A stretch of 57,736 nucleotides of DNA from an archaeon (GTDB lineage Archaea; Asgardarchaeota; Thorarchaeia; Thorarchaeales; Thorarchaeaceae). The stretch covers positions 1 to 57,736 of the forward strand of contig JAJRWI010000062.1 in assembly GCA_024276825.1 (NCBI GenBank), written 5' to 3'. Shown piece by piece: positions 1-8,941 of the stretch. The notes below the pieces were generated by a model, which saw only the letters and a program-made list of their open reading frames with translations, made no database searches and was not told the origin of the DNA. Positions within the stretch are counted from its first letter, which is position 1. The number at the start of each line of letters is the position of its first letter. Position numbers and translations under genes: made by a program.

Positions 1-381
1 GACATTGTGGCAACCTACGACCGTCTTGAGAGAGTCTATTATGCTATGAAAGAAGCAATGGAGAATGCTGATGCCATTGTACTGGCGCATTTCTCACACA
101 TGTACCAAAATGGCGGAAGTATCTATATGATATTTTATACTGCGCAGCCTGATGCTGAAACCGCTTGGCAGACCTACAGGAGGATATGGGATGCTGGCAT
201 TGAGGCTTGCCTTCGCGAGGGCGGCACAATGAGCCATCAACATGGGGTGGGCCTATCAAGAACAACTTACAATGAGAAAGAGTGGGGCAATGCATTTCAA
301 GTACTGAAGATGATCAAGGATGTGCTTGACCCGAATGGGATAATGAACCCTGGCAAGATGGGTCTGGGGAGGAGAGTATGA
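1..381 (+). CDS. FAD-linked oxidase, C-terminal part (GlcD / alkyl-DHAP synthase family); 5'-truncated by window edge
   Basis: AHFSHMY, GGTMSHQHGVG and KDVLDPNGIMNPGK match the FAD-oxidase_C signature; frame is open from base 1. Confidence 0.85.
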   Translation, partial: DIVATYDRLERVYYAMKEAMENADAIVLAHFSHMYQNGGSIYMIFYTAQPDAETAWQTYRRIWDAGIEACLREGGTMSHQHGVGLSRTTYNEKEWGNAFQVLKMIKDVLDPNGIMNPGKMGLGRRV

Positions 382-1481
382 TGGACACTAATGAAATAAT
401 TGAACAGACAAGGATGTGTGCTGCCTGTCCAAAGCTCTGCAGGCATGTGTGTCCTACTTTCTTGGCTTGGCGTTCAGACTCGCCTACTCCTCATGGTCGA
501 GCATTATTGATCTATCAGCAACTCAAGGGTATTAGAGAGATAGATGAGCGGGGAGTCGAGGTCATCTATCAATGCCTTGAGTGCAGCAACTGTCTGACCT
601 ATTGCCTTCCAGAGATTGATATTGCAACAATTGTTGAGCAGTTTCGTAAGAGTCTGGTAAGTGAAAAGAGATTTCCTGAGAGGTTGAACTTTTTGAGGAG
701 ATCAATCGAGAAGGATTACAACCCCTTTGATGAGCCACATTCTAAGCGTAGAGAATGGGTAGGGAGAACCCCACTCAGCAATGGGAGGGTACTGTACTTT
801 GTTGGTTGCACGGCATCATATAGGGAGAAGACAATTGCAAGGGACACAGTGTCAGTCTTGAGTGATCTCGGGCTGAATGTAAGACTAATGTCAGATGAGC
901 GTTGTTGTGGGTCTCCATTATTCAGGACTGGTTTTGCCGATGATGCTCTCAGACTTGCAAAGAGCAATGTCAAAGAGATTAACAACATGGACATTGATGA
1001 GATTGTAGTCACCTGTCCTGGTTGCTACAGAGTCTTAACACAGGATTATCCTGACCATGGACTGGTGATTGAGAAGCCAGTAAAGCACATCACACAGCTA
1101 TTGATGGAACATAAGGAGGGGTTACCAAAATCATCATCAAGAATAACTATCACATATCATGATCCCTGCCATCTTGGAAGACATAGTGGCATTTATGAAG
1201 AACCACGAGAGATAATCAGGTATGTGAGTGGGAATGATGTTGCTGAGATGCTTCGAAACCGGGAGAATGCAATGTGCTGTGGAAATGGAGCTGGACTCAG
1301 AACATTGTTCAAGGAGGGGGCTCGTGCGATTGCGAATGAGAGGATTAAACAGGCAGTCCAGACCGGTGCACAGTATTTGGTGACTTCATGCCCGTTCTGC
1401 AAGAACATGTTGGATTCTCAAGCTGATGACAAAATTATGGTCCTGGACCTTCCCGAGTTCTTGAGAAGAATTATGAAGTAG
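378..1481 (+). CDS. Fe-S oxidoreductase, GlcF/GlpC/HdrD-like (ferredoxin-type Cys motifs plus two CCG domains)
   Basis: CAACPKLCRHVCP, CLECSNCLTYC, YFVGC, RCCGSP, TCPGC, YHDPCHLGR, CCGNG, TSCPFC; ATGA overlap with the upstream oxidase. Confidence 0.9.
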   Translation: MMDTNEIIEQTRMCAACPKLCRHVCPTFLAWRSDSPTPHGRALLIYQQLKGIREIDERGVEVIYQCLECSNCLTYCLPEIDIATIVEQFRKSLVSEKRFPERLNFLRRSIEKDYNPFDEPHSKRREWVGRTPLSNGRVLYFVGCTASYREKTIARDTVSVLSDLGLNVRLMSDERCCGSPLFRTGFADDALRLAKSNVKEINNMDIDEIVVTCPGCYRVLTQDYPDHGLVIEKPVKHITQLLMEHKEGLPKSSSRITITYHDPCHLGRHSGIYEEPREIIRYVSGNDVAEMLRNRENAMCCGNGAGLRTLFKEGARAIANERIKQAVQTGAQYLVTSCPFCKNMLDSQADDKIMVLDLPEFLRRIMK

Positions 1482-1514
1482 ACTAAAAATAACAAATGCC
1501 TGAATAAAAATGAG

Positions 1515-1537
1515 TTGACCCCGATGAACGGGGTCGA
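1515..1537. terminator. Hairpin between convergent genes (possible bidirectional terminator)
   Basis: GACCCCG-ATGAA-CGGGGTC, a perfect 7-bp stem between stops at 1481 and 1546. Confidence 0.5.
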
Positions 1538-1545
1538 TAATCAAA

Positions 1546-2358
1546 CTACTCTCCAGTAAACTTGCCACGTCTCTTCTCAAGAACTGCTGCAATACCCTCT
1601 CCGAGATCCTTTGTCTTGAAACATTCTACAGCAGCTTTGACTTCGAACTTGAGGTTATCATCATAGTCTTCCTCAAAGGCCATATGGGTTGCCTGTTTGG
1701 CCCATTTGAGTGCAATAGGAGCATTGCCACCCAGCTTTGCACCATACCACATTGCCTGACTCATCAGTTCATCGGGTGAAACAACCTTGCTGACAAGACC
1801 ACATTCGAGTGCTTCCTGAGCTGTGAGTTGACCTCCAGTAAGGACAAGTTCGAGTGCCTTGCCAAGACCTACAATTCGTGGCAGTCGCATGCATCCGCCC
1901 CAAGCAGGAATCAGACCAAGGCTGACTTCAGGAGTTCCAATCTTTGCTTCCGTGTCGCAGATTCTTATGTCACAGGCCAATGCAATCTCGGTGCCACCAC
2001 CAAGACAGAGACCATGAATTGCTGCAATCACAGGCTTGCTCAGTTTCGCGATCTTATCAATCACCTTTTGACCCTGTTCAATGAGATCCTTCACCTCATC
2101 AGGCTTTCCAAGAAAGCCCTGTGCCATCTTAAGGTCAGCACCAGTACAGAAGACTTTTGGATGTGCCGAGGCAAGCACAATTGTTCGAACATCAGGGTCA
2201 TTCTCAGCCTCGGTTAGAGCAGCATCAAGATCTTTAATAAACTGGTCATTGATAGCGTTTAGAGCATCAACCCTGTTGAACTTGATGACAGCGACATTCT
2301 TCACGGGTGAGAGAAATGAACCTTCCTTGCTGTACAGCATTGTTTCATATTCGCCCAT
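1546..2358 (-). CDS. Enoyl-CoA hydratase/isomerase (crotonase family)
   Basis: FCTGADLK, KPVIAAIHGLCLGGGTEIALACDIR, PEVSLGLIPAWGG; start moved to ATG 2358 (MGEYETM). Confidence 0.93.
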   Translation of the reverse strand: MGEYETMLYSKEGSFLSPVKNVAVIKFNRVDALNAINDQFIKDLDAALTEAENDPDVRTIVLASAHPKVFCTGADLKMAQGFLGKPDEVKDLIEQGQKVIDKIAKLSKPVIAAIHGLCLGGGTEIALACDIRICDTEAKIGTPEVSLGLIPAWGGCMRLPRIVGLGKALELVLTGGQLTAQEALECGLVSKVVSPDELMSQAMWYGAKLGGNAPIALKWAKQATHMAFEEDYDDNLKFEVKAAVECFKTKDLGEGIAAVLEKRRGKFTGE

Positions 2359-2435
2359 TATATACACCTTCCATTGGAATCTAAATATGCAGTGCAAATC
2401 GGTTCTTAAAATCTATTCCCTCATAAAAGTTGCTG

Positions 2436-2467
2436 AAAAAAGGGGAGATGGTAGCACACGGCTACCA
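2436..2467 (-). terminator. Hairpin plus pyrimidine/U-tract terminator after 3-hydroxyacyl-CoA dehydrogenase
   Basis: Minus strand TGGTAGC-CGTGT-GCTACCA followed by TCTCCCCTTTTTT. Confidence 0.55.
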
Positions 2468-2475
2468 GTTATGTT

Positions 2476-3600
2476 CTATTGCAGCATCTTGGGAACGCTA
2501 TAGCATTCACCATGTTCCTCATAGAGCTTTGTAATCTCCTCACGGACTTTGTCAAGACCAATTCGCTCAGCCATCTCAAAGGGTCCTTCTGGGAAGTTTG
2601 CGCCCAGCTTCATGGCCAGATCAATGTCCTCCCTTGTTGCAATTCCATCATCAACGAGGATCATTGCCTCTCTGATGACAGGCATTGATATACGGGTCAC
2701 GATCCAGTATGGGTCCACGCCTTTTGGAGGCTCGGTTTCTTGCGATGCTCCAGTGTAGTCATAGAAGCCCTTCTTTGACTTGGTGCCAATAGCACCGGAG
2801 TCGACGAGCTTCTTCAGAGAGTCGGGAGGTTTAAAGCAGTCACCAAGTTCACGATAGAGTGTGCTCATTGCATGATATGCGATGTCTAGGCCGACAAAGT
2901 CACCAAGCGTGAATGGGCCGGCTGGGAATTTCGCATGCACACTCATGGCTGTATCAATCTCTTCTTTTGTTGCAACCCCCTGCTCGTATAGGAGGATGGC
3001 CTCTCTTAGGACAGGCATGAGAATCCTATTCACAATGAATCCAGGGCTGTTCTTTGCTTTGACACAGATCTTGCCCTGCTTCTCACCAACTGCAATTGCA
3101 GTGGCTATTGTGTCTTCACTCGTCTTTTCTCCAATGACTACCTCAAGCAGCTTCATGGCAGCGACTGGTGAGAAGTAATGCATGCCAATGAACTTTTCAG
3201 ACCTGCTGGTTGCTGATGCCAGCTCATCAATGCTGAGCGAGGACGTGTTCGTTGCGAGGATTGTGTGTGAGGGAGCAACAGCGTCAATTGCAGCAAAGAC
3301 CTTCTTCTTCACCTCCATGTTCTCGAAGATTGCCTCAATCACAAGGTCTGCATCCTTCACTGCCTCTTCATTACTTGTGCCGTATTTGATGCGGCTCATA
3401 AGGCCCTCAGCCTCAGTCATTGAGATCTTGCCCTTATCAATGCCAGTCATGACGTCGTTTCTAATGCGCTCCATTCCTGCTTCAACAGCAGCATCATTGA
3501 TATCGACCATGTGCACTTCAAACCCGTTCCATGCTGAAACATAGGTTATGCCAGATCCCATGAGTCCAGCACCAATGACGGCGATTCTTTTCACATCCAT
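2476..3600 (-). CDS. 3-hydroxyacyl-CoA dehydrogenase with duplicated C-terminal domain
   Basis: GAGLMGSGI Rossmann motif, VIEAIFE, ATNTSSL, GMHYFSP, PGFIVNRIL; the 3HCDH C-domain recurs (IVTRISMPVIREA...FPEGPF). Confidence 0.93.
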   Translation of the reverse strand: MDVKRIAVIGAGLMGSGITYVSAWNGFEVHMVDINDAAVEAGMERIRNDVMTGIDKGKISMTEAEGLMSRIKYGTSNEEAVKDADLVIEAIFENMEVKKKVFAAIDAVAPSHTILATNTSSLSIDELASATSRSEKFIGMHYFSPVAAMKLLEVVIGEKTSEDTIATAIAVGEKQGKICVKAKNSPGFIVNRILMPVLREAILLYEQGVATKEEIDTAMSVHAKFPAGPFTLGDFVGLDIAYHAMSTLYRELGDCFKPPDSLKKLVDSGAIGTKSKKGFYDYTGASQETEPPKGVDPYWIVTRISMPVIREAMILVDDGIATREDIDLAMKLGANFPEGPFEMAERIGLDKVREEITKLYEEHGECYSVPKMLQ

Positions 3601-3612
3601 GATGTGGACCTC

Positions 3613-3981
3613 CTAGAGTGACATCATTGCTTGCAATATCAGATTGGCCAGTGGATCACTCTCATGAGCATTGCCAATGACTTCAAGCTCCCCAGACTTC
3701 ATCACTTGTTTGAAGGGAGTTTCACCGGTAAATATGCCCATCAGAGTTGCAACAGATGCCTTGTAAATAACATCAGGGCTTGGGTAGATTCCCTCTCTCA
3801 CTTCCATGAATGGCTCGTGGGGCGTTATCACAACATACTTGTTGCCTTCATCTGTGATGACCTGCAAGATCTTGCCATAATAGTGACCAACCCAGTTCTT
3901 TACAAAACTCTGAAGGTCTTCCTTCTCATGAATCTTGCTCTTTAGAAACTGGAAGAATTCATCTAACTGTGACATCTTCAT
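3613..3981 (-). CDS. SCP2 sterol/lipid-binding domain protein
   Basis: PDVIYKAS...LMGIFTGE...MKSGELEVIGN SCP2 pattern; ATGA overlap with the upstream gene. Confidence 0.75.
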   Translation of the reverse strand: MKMSQLDEFFQFLKSKIHEKEDLQSFVKNWVGHYYGKILQVITDEGNKYVVITPHEPFMEVREGIYPSPDVIYKASVATLMGIFTGETPFKQVMKSGELEVIGNAHESDPLANLILQAMMSL

Positions 3982-4250
3982 TCCTCCTTTGCAATCCAAT
4001 CATCCACAGCCTCTTGCATGGCCTCGTCGACGGATGATGCCCAGATATTTCCCTTCCGCTTTCTCACAGCCTCAAGGAACTTGTCGTACTTCTCGCCATC
4101 CATCAGCACCACAACTCGACCCTTTCTATCGTTGATGAAGGCCTGATGTATCATCTTCTTGGAGGTCCAGTATTCATGCTCTATATCGCCTTCCTTGAGA
4201 CGCGGATAGAAGGGCCATTCTCCAGTAGGATGTTTTCTAAACTTCGCCAT
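3978..4250 (-). CDS. Small protein with possible C-terminal ribbon-helix-helix
   Basis: VVVLMDGEKYDKFLEAVRKRKG...VDEAMQEAVDDWI gives a beta-alpha-alpha pattern; abuts its neighbours. Confidence 0.55.
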   Translation of the reverse strand: MAKFRKHPTGEWPFYPRLKEGDIEHEYWTSKKMIHQAFINDRKGRVVVLMDGEKYDKFLEAVRKRKGNIWASSVDEAMQEAVDDWIAKEE

Positions 4251-4508
4251 TTATTCCAACCTCCATTTTGCTACAAGGTCTCCTGTGGCTTCAAGAAATC
4301 CTGGCTTGAAAGGCCATTGAACCACATATCTGAGTCCTTTTACACCATCCTTTTCTCCCTTTGACCAGCGACCAGTGTACACACGGGCACCAGTGTTGTT
4401 CACGAACTCATGTATGACAACCTCAATCAAACCCTCCGGTTTGAGGTTGGCCTCATCTGCTAATTCCTTTAGCTTCTTCATTGTAGCATCATCAAAATTG
4501 ACTTCCAT
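4251..4508 (-). CDS. Small protein with possible N-terminal ribbon-helix-helix
   Basis: MEVNFDDATMKKLKELADEANLKPEGLIEVVIHEFV; tightly packed in the operon. Confidence 0.55.
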   Translation of the reverse strand: MEVNFDDATMKKLKELADEANLKPEGLIEVVIHEFVNNTGARVYTGRWSKGEKDGVKGLRYVVQWPFKPGFLEATGDLVAKWRLE

Positions 4509-4514
4509 TTTGCA

Positions 4515-5276
4515 TCACTCCTTCTTCTTGAAAGCCATGCGCTTGTAGGGAACACCCCAGCGCTCCTCATACATGAGCCCTTCAAGTGGTACTCTGCTTG
4601 GACCTAATGCTCGTGGGGATTCACGCACACCAATACAGAATGCAGTTAGAGGGGTCCAGATTGGAGGAATCCCAAGTCTGTCACGGATTAGTTCAGCATG
4701 GCGGGGATCTGAGCAGACAAGGGCCTCGTAGCCACAGCCATAGCCAAGTTCTGTCGCAACCAGCCACATATTCTGCACTGCCATTCCTGCAACCACTGAG
4801 CCAAAGAGCTGGTTAGGATACATGTATCCAGCATCATGCCAGCTCTCACTTGCACAGACAATGATCACAGCATCACTCTTTTCAGGGTATCTGAATAGTT
4901 TGCCATCCCTCATTCGCGCATAGACAGCAGCTCTATAAGGATCGTTGATGAACCAATTTCTACCAGAAGTGAGTTCAAAGGGCGCTCCTCCGAACGCGGT
5001 TTCTGCCATCTCTTGAGCGATGTCAGCCAGAAACTCCTTGGTTTCCTGGTCATCCCTGATAACAATAAAGCGGATCATCAGCATGTTCTCAGGACTGGGA
5101 GCATGTCTGGCAGCATCCAAAATCAACTCAATGTGTTCATCCGGTATCTTTTCGCCGGTAAACTCTCGAATTGATCTTCTGGCCCTGATGAGATCAATCG
5201 CACTCATCTTTTCAGCAGTCTGTGAACCTGCCTTGGGCGTTGATTTGTCTTTTGATTCTGCAGCACTTCCTGCCAT
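4515..5276 (-). CDS. Nitroreductase family flavoprotein
   Basis: IRARRSIREF, AARHAPSPEN, AVQNMWLVATELGYG. Confidence 0.9.
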   Translation of the reverse strand: MAGSAAESKDKSTPKAGSQTAEKMSAIDLIRARRSIREFTGEKIPDEHIELILDAARHAPSPENMLMIRFIVIRDDQETKEFLADIAQEMAETAFGGAPFELTSGRNWFINDPYRAAVYARMRDGKLFRYPEKSDAVIIVCASESWHDAGYMYPNQLFGSVVAGMAVQNMWLVATELGYGCGYEALVCSDPRHAELIRDRLGIPPIWTPLTAFCIGVRESPRALGPSRVPLEGLMYEERWGVPYKRMAFKKKE

Positions 5277-5362
5277 TGATATACCTCATTTTGCTATTTT
5301 TCAAGCAATAAAGAGGAATATCTCACGCATTTATCCTTTACGAGAGACTTACTTCTCATGAC

Positions 5363-6169
5363 CTATATGGACTCTATATTGGCAGGTTCGGTTTCAGTCC
5401 ACTCAGACGGAATGCCCGAGTAGAAAAACAAGTATGCCATAATCAGAAGGAATCCAAAGGGGGTACTTGGGATCGTAAACAGTGCAGCCCCAGAAACGAA
5501 TAAGACTATGGATATCAATTTTCCATGAGTCCCCAATGCAAGTTCCTTCTCAAGCATCCATAGCACAATGCCAGTGAATGTGAGTAGTATTCCAGCAAGA
5601 AGGCTTTGAGTGACCACAGCAAGAGTGAAATCGGGCATCGCATAGTACATTATGGTATGATATGTTGGGTCACGAAATTCCAGATCTGGTCCATTGACAA
5701 ATATTATGTACGAAATATATGCAAGGTTAAGGCTTAGAGCAATTGAGAGTATTGATCCCCAGAATGCCCAGTTCTCAGTGTAATTCTTGGCAAAACCATA
5801 GTACCCAAATGCCATTAGTAAGAAGCCAATGGAAAGACCAACATACGCATATGCTGGGCCAAGATAATCAATGTCATATCGTAAGTAGTAGAATATTGGG
5901 ATTCCCACAGCATTCTCTGGAGTCCAGACCATTGCCGTGAGTATCAATGGGAGTTGGCTCAGAGCACCAATAATCGTACCAATAAAACCAATCCAGAAAT
6001 ACTTGGCATCAAACCCCTCAATCCGTTTCTTTACCGTAGTCTTTGTACATTCAGCATGACAATACCAGCCTTGATACTTGATCACCTCTCGACCAGCAAG
6101 GGGCTCACCACAAAGAATGCAAGTAGCGGCAGGCTCATCATCCCGATTAGAATCAGTTGAGTCATTCAT
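5363..6169 (-). CDS. Polytopic membrane protein with N-terminal CxxC-x17-HxxC zinc finger
   Basis: CILCGEPL...WYCHAEC followed by about six hydrophobic segments. Confidence 0.7.
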   Translation of the reverse strand: MNDSTDSNRDDEPAATCILCGEPLAGREVIKYQGWYCHAECTKTTVKKRIEGFDAKYFWIGFIGTIIGALSQLPLILTAMVWTPENAVGIPIFYYLRYDIDYLGPAYAYVGLSIGFLLMAFGYYGFAKNYTENWAFWGSILSIALSLNLAYISYIIFVNGPDLEFRDPTYHTIMYYAMPDFTLAVVTQSLLAGILLTFTGIVLWMLEKELALGTHGKLISIVLFVSGAALFTIPSTPFGFLLIMAYLFFYSGIPSEWTETEPANIESI

Positions 6170-6397
6170 TAGTGAGATATCAACCTCGAAGTGAACTATA
6201 GATTATAAACAGATATGTTTTTCTTCATCTAATTGGGTACCATATTTTCTTCCATCATCATTTGAGCAGTTTTGACTCTGGCATTATTAGACTGTTAATA
6301 CAAGAATTCAGAAGGTCAACACTTGTCCAGCAGAGGTTTATTGGAGAACGGAGTGTCTTTCGCAGATGCAGAAAGCGGGAGTTTCTATGTTTTCTCC

Positions 6398-6436
6398 TTA
6401 TAAAGTATGTATTACTCACACACATATTACAATATG
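6398..6436 (+). promoter_or_regulatory. Putative TATA box with downstream inverted repeats, upstream of the RHH gene
   Basis: TTATAAAG (6398-6405), GTA-T-TAC (6409-6415), CATATT-AC-AATATG (6423-6436). Confidence 0.4.
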
Positions 6437-6597
6437 CTCTAGATTGCATCACGGTGATATTCCAATGCGGCTTGTCAAGGCGCCTAAGAAGCTAGTGGAA
6501 TGCCTTGATCACTTGGTGAGCATTCATTGCAATATTCCATTTGACCGCAAAAGGGAACTCATCATAAACAGAGAGAGGAAAAGCAGGAGGAAAAAGA

Positions 6598-6738
6598 ATG
6601 AAACTGGTAACACTTCATGTTCCTGAACAGTATGTAGAAGGACTTGAGAAGCTTGTGGAGAGCAAGTTGTATCCCAATAGATCAGAAGCTATAAGAATAG
6701 CAATCAGGGATCTCTTGAAGCGAGAGTTGTGGGGCTAA
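6598..6738 (+). CDS. Ribbon-helix-helix transcription factor, CdrS/aCcr1-like (46 aa; below ORF-track cutoff)
   Basis: Manual translation MKLVTLHVPEQYVEGLEKLVESKLYPNRSEAIRIAIRDLLKRELWG; GGAGG Shine-Dalgarno upstream; PNRSEAIR is the CopG/CdrS-type RHH motif. Confidence 0.88.
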   Translation: MKLVTLHVPEQYVEGLEKLVESKLYPNRSEAIRIAIRDLLKRELWG

Positions 6739-6812
6739 TTCGCGACTCTCGGCTCTTTTTCGAGCCAGATTCGTTAAAGAAATGTTGATATGCTATTTCA
6801 TAATAGCGTATA

Positions 6813-7853
6813 ATGCGATTTGCCATCACCCCGCCCAAACCGCTTCAGGATCGTGCTTCAATCGTGGGACCGAAGGTATTGACTAAAGAAACAGGGGCTC
6901 AAGTAATAAATGAACCAAGTACAACCCGGTTCCATATAATAAAGGGCTGTCCTTGCTATAAGGAGTTTGAAAATGAGAAAATCTGTATTAATAATGACAA
7001 TCTTATCTCAATCAGTCCAATAATGATAGACCCCACACTGTTCTCACAAATATTATCACTTGAGGACCTGAACGAGTACAAGAGTGATAGGCAGAGTATG
7101 TGCTATCTCACAATAGCACTAGATCGGGAAGAGAATGTAGTCTATTGTATTTGCAAAAACGAATTAATAATAATCAATCAAAGACATGTGAAAGCATCGG
7201 ACCTTGGTTCTGCGCTCAAATTCCTCGAACTCACCGGAGAAACCATGGATAATGCATTTTGTTCCACATGCATATACAAATACATAATTACAATGGGTGA
7301 TGTGTTTGAGGACATTATTTCAACAGATGAGCGTGAGAGAATAACTGTGGGATATATCAAGAATATTGCCAAAGAGACGCTCAGAACTATTGAGATCGAA
7401 GAGATTGATTTTAACGATTTGGAAGCAATGAGAGCACTAATTCAAAGAACTGTTCAGGCGATTGCACAACAAGTATTCGAATATGACATGTTAATTTCAA
7501 TTCATGAGAACAGTCTAGACCAGAGAATTGTGAATATGATAGATAAGTTGAAACAACTGTGCAAACTTAATGCATTGATGATGTTTCAAATCGAGTCAAT
7601 TATTGAACAAGCAGATCGGCAGGTGACCTATCGGCAGGTACAATATATGACTGAAGTAGCGAAAATGATTGCAATGATTAGTGAAGAGTCTGAATCAATG
7701 ATGGCAGAGTTTCAAGACAATGAAGAGTTTCTTATGGTGATGGACAAGATTGGAAACACATGCCTAAAAAGCCCAATCCAGAATGAGAAGAAATATACTG
7801 GCCTAATGAGGGTCTTGTCCAAGATTGGATTGTCATTGGTGTGCAATAAATAG
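6813..7853 (+). CDS. Hypothetical protein with Cys-rich N-terminal domain, paralog of the next gene
   Basis: 346-aa ORF; GCPC..C..CY..YC..CxxC shared with 7935-8918; start uncertain. Confidence 0.75.
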   Translation: MRFAITPPKPLQDRASIVGPKVLTKETGAQVINEPSTTRFHIIKGCPCYKEFENEKICINNDNLISISPIMIDPTLFSQILSLEDLNEYKSDRQSMCYLTIALDREENVVYCICKNELIIINQRHVKASDLGSALKFLELTGETMDNAFCSTCIYKYIITMGDVFEDIISTDERERITVGYIKNIAKETLRTIEIEEIDFNDLEAMRALIQRTVQAIAQQVFEYDMLISIHENSLDQRIVNMIDKLKQLCKLNALMMFQIESIIEQADRQVTYRQVQYMTEVAKMIAMISEESESMMAEFQDNEEFLMVMDKIGNTCLKSPIQNEKKYTGLMRVLSKIGLSLVCNK

Positions 7854-7934
7854 GCCTTTTTCGTCACAATATTTGTTTCTTGGATTGAGTAATGATTATA
7901 TTGATTAGATAGGATTAGAATTGGAGGGAATCTG

Positions 7935-8918
7935 ATGGACACCAATGGATATATACCTGGAATGGTCAATCCACAAGAGAGTGGAAAGACCATCAAGGTG
8001 ATTCGCGGGTGTCCCTGCTTCAAAGTATTTGGTGATGAGAAACTCTGCGTGAATGATGATGACATAATTGAAATTGAGCCCATAGATGTTGATGCATCCA
8101 TATTCTCACTTCATCGGAATAAAGAGAGCATAGAGAGAGAGAAAGCCACTGATGATAATACCTGCTATGTTTCCATCTACATCAACTATCCTAATAATCG
8201 GGTATATTGCATCTCGCAAGGCTGGAAACTCAGGATTCATGGCAAAGACATTCCGGGGAATGACCTTGAAGATGCCCTTCAGTTTCTGACAACAAAGGAC
8301 ACCACAAGTGCTGAGATCTGTTCGGAGTGCCTTTACAAGTTCATTCTCACTCTTGCGGACACCTTCTCAGACATGCTAACGCGAAAAGAGAAGACTGAAG
8401 AAGTGAAGAAATACGTCGACAAGTTCTCATTGATGATAGCTGTGAAGTTTAGTCAGATGGATGGGATGGTACCAATTGGCACTGAGGAGGATATCAAAGC
8501 GGGCATTGATCATTTCTCATTCATTCGACGATACTTAGTTCAACTGCTTGAACAAGAGAGAACTTGGGGGAAGGTACATAGAGAATTGATGAAAGAGGGA
8601 GCAGAAGATTGGATTATTGACCTTATAAACATGAGAGAGAAACTCGCTAGACTCGAGTTTCAGTTCTACAGCCAAACGCTGCAACTCAGAGACATTAATG
8701 ACTTCAACTTGCTGATTAAAATGCTGAAGTTCATCCTTCAGACATCAAACGAGATTCTTGAAACAAACTCGAGAATCCATGATATTATTCGCTCTAAGGA
8801 GTTTCAAGAGTATGCCAATAAAGAGCCACGAGTACGACCACTCATGCAATATGGTGAAAAGAGTAGGAGTATAGAACATAACTTTGGAAACATCCTCCAA
8901 ATCCTATGGAAGATGTAA
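7935..8918 (+). CDS. Hypothetical protein with Cys-rich N-terminal domain, paralog of the previous gene
   Basis: 327-aa ORF with GGAGG RBS; same Cys pattern. Confidence 0.8.
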   Translation: MDTNGYIPGMVNPQESGKTIKVIRGCPCFKVFGDEKLCVNDDDIIEIEPIDVDASIFSLHRNKESIEREKATDDNTCYVSIYINYPNNRVYCISQGWKLRIHGKDIPGNDLEDALQFLTTKDTTSAEICSECLYKFILTLADTFSDMLTRKEKTEEVKKYVDKFSLMIAVKFSQMDGMVPIGTEEDIKAGIDHFSFIRRYLVQLLEQERTWGKVHRELMKEGAEDWIIDLINMREKLARLEFQFYSQTLQLRDINDFNLLIKMLKFILQTSNEILETNSRIHDIIRSKEFQEYANKEPRVRPLMQYGEKSRSIEHNFGNILQILWKM

Positions 8919-8941
8919 ACCACACAGACTCAAACTAAACT

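Noticed and set aside
1515-1537. Hairpin containing ATGA as a second SECIS
   Set aside because: ATGAA forms the loop rather than a G.A quartet, and neither flanking gene shows an in-frame TGA within the window
6258-6626. ORFs 6258-6452, 6262-6495 and 6366-6626
   Set aside because: No recognisable motifs; the region looks like the promoter/leader of the RHH gene at 6598
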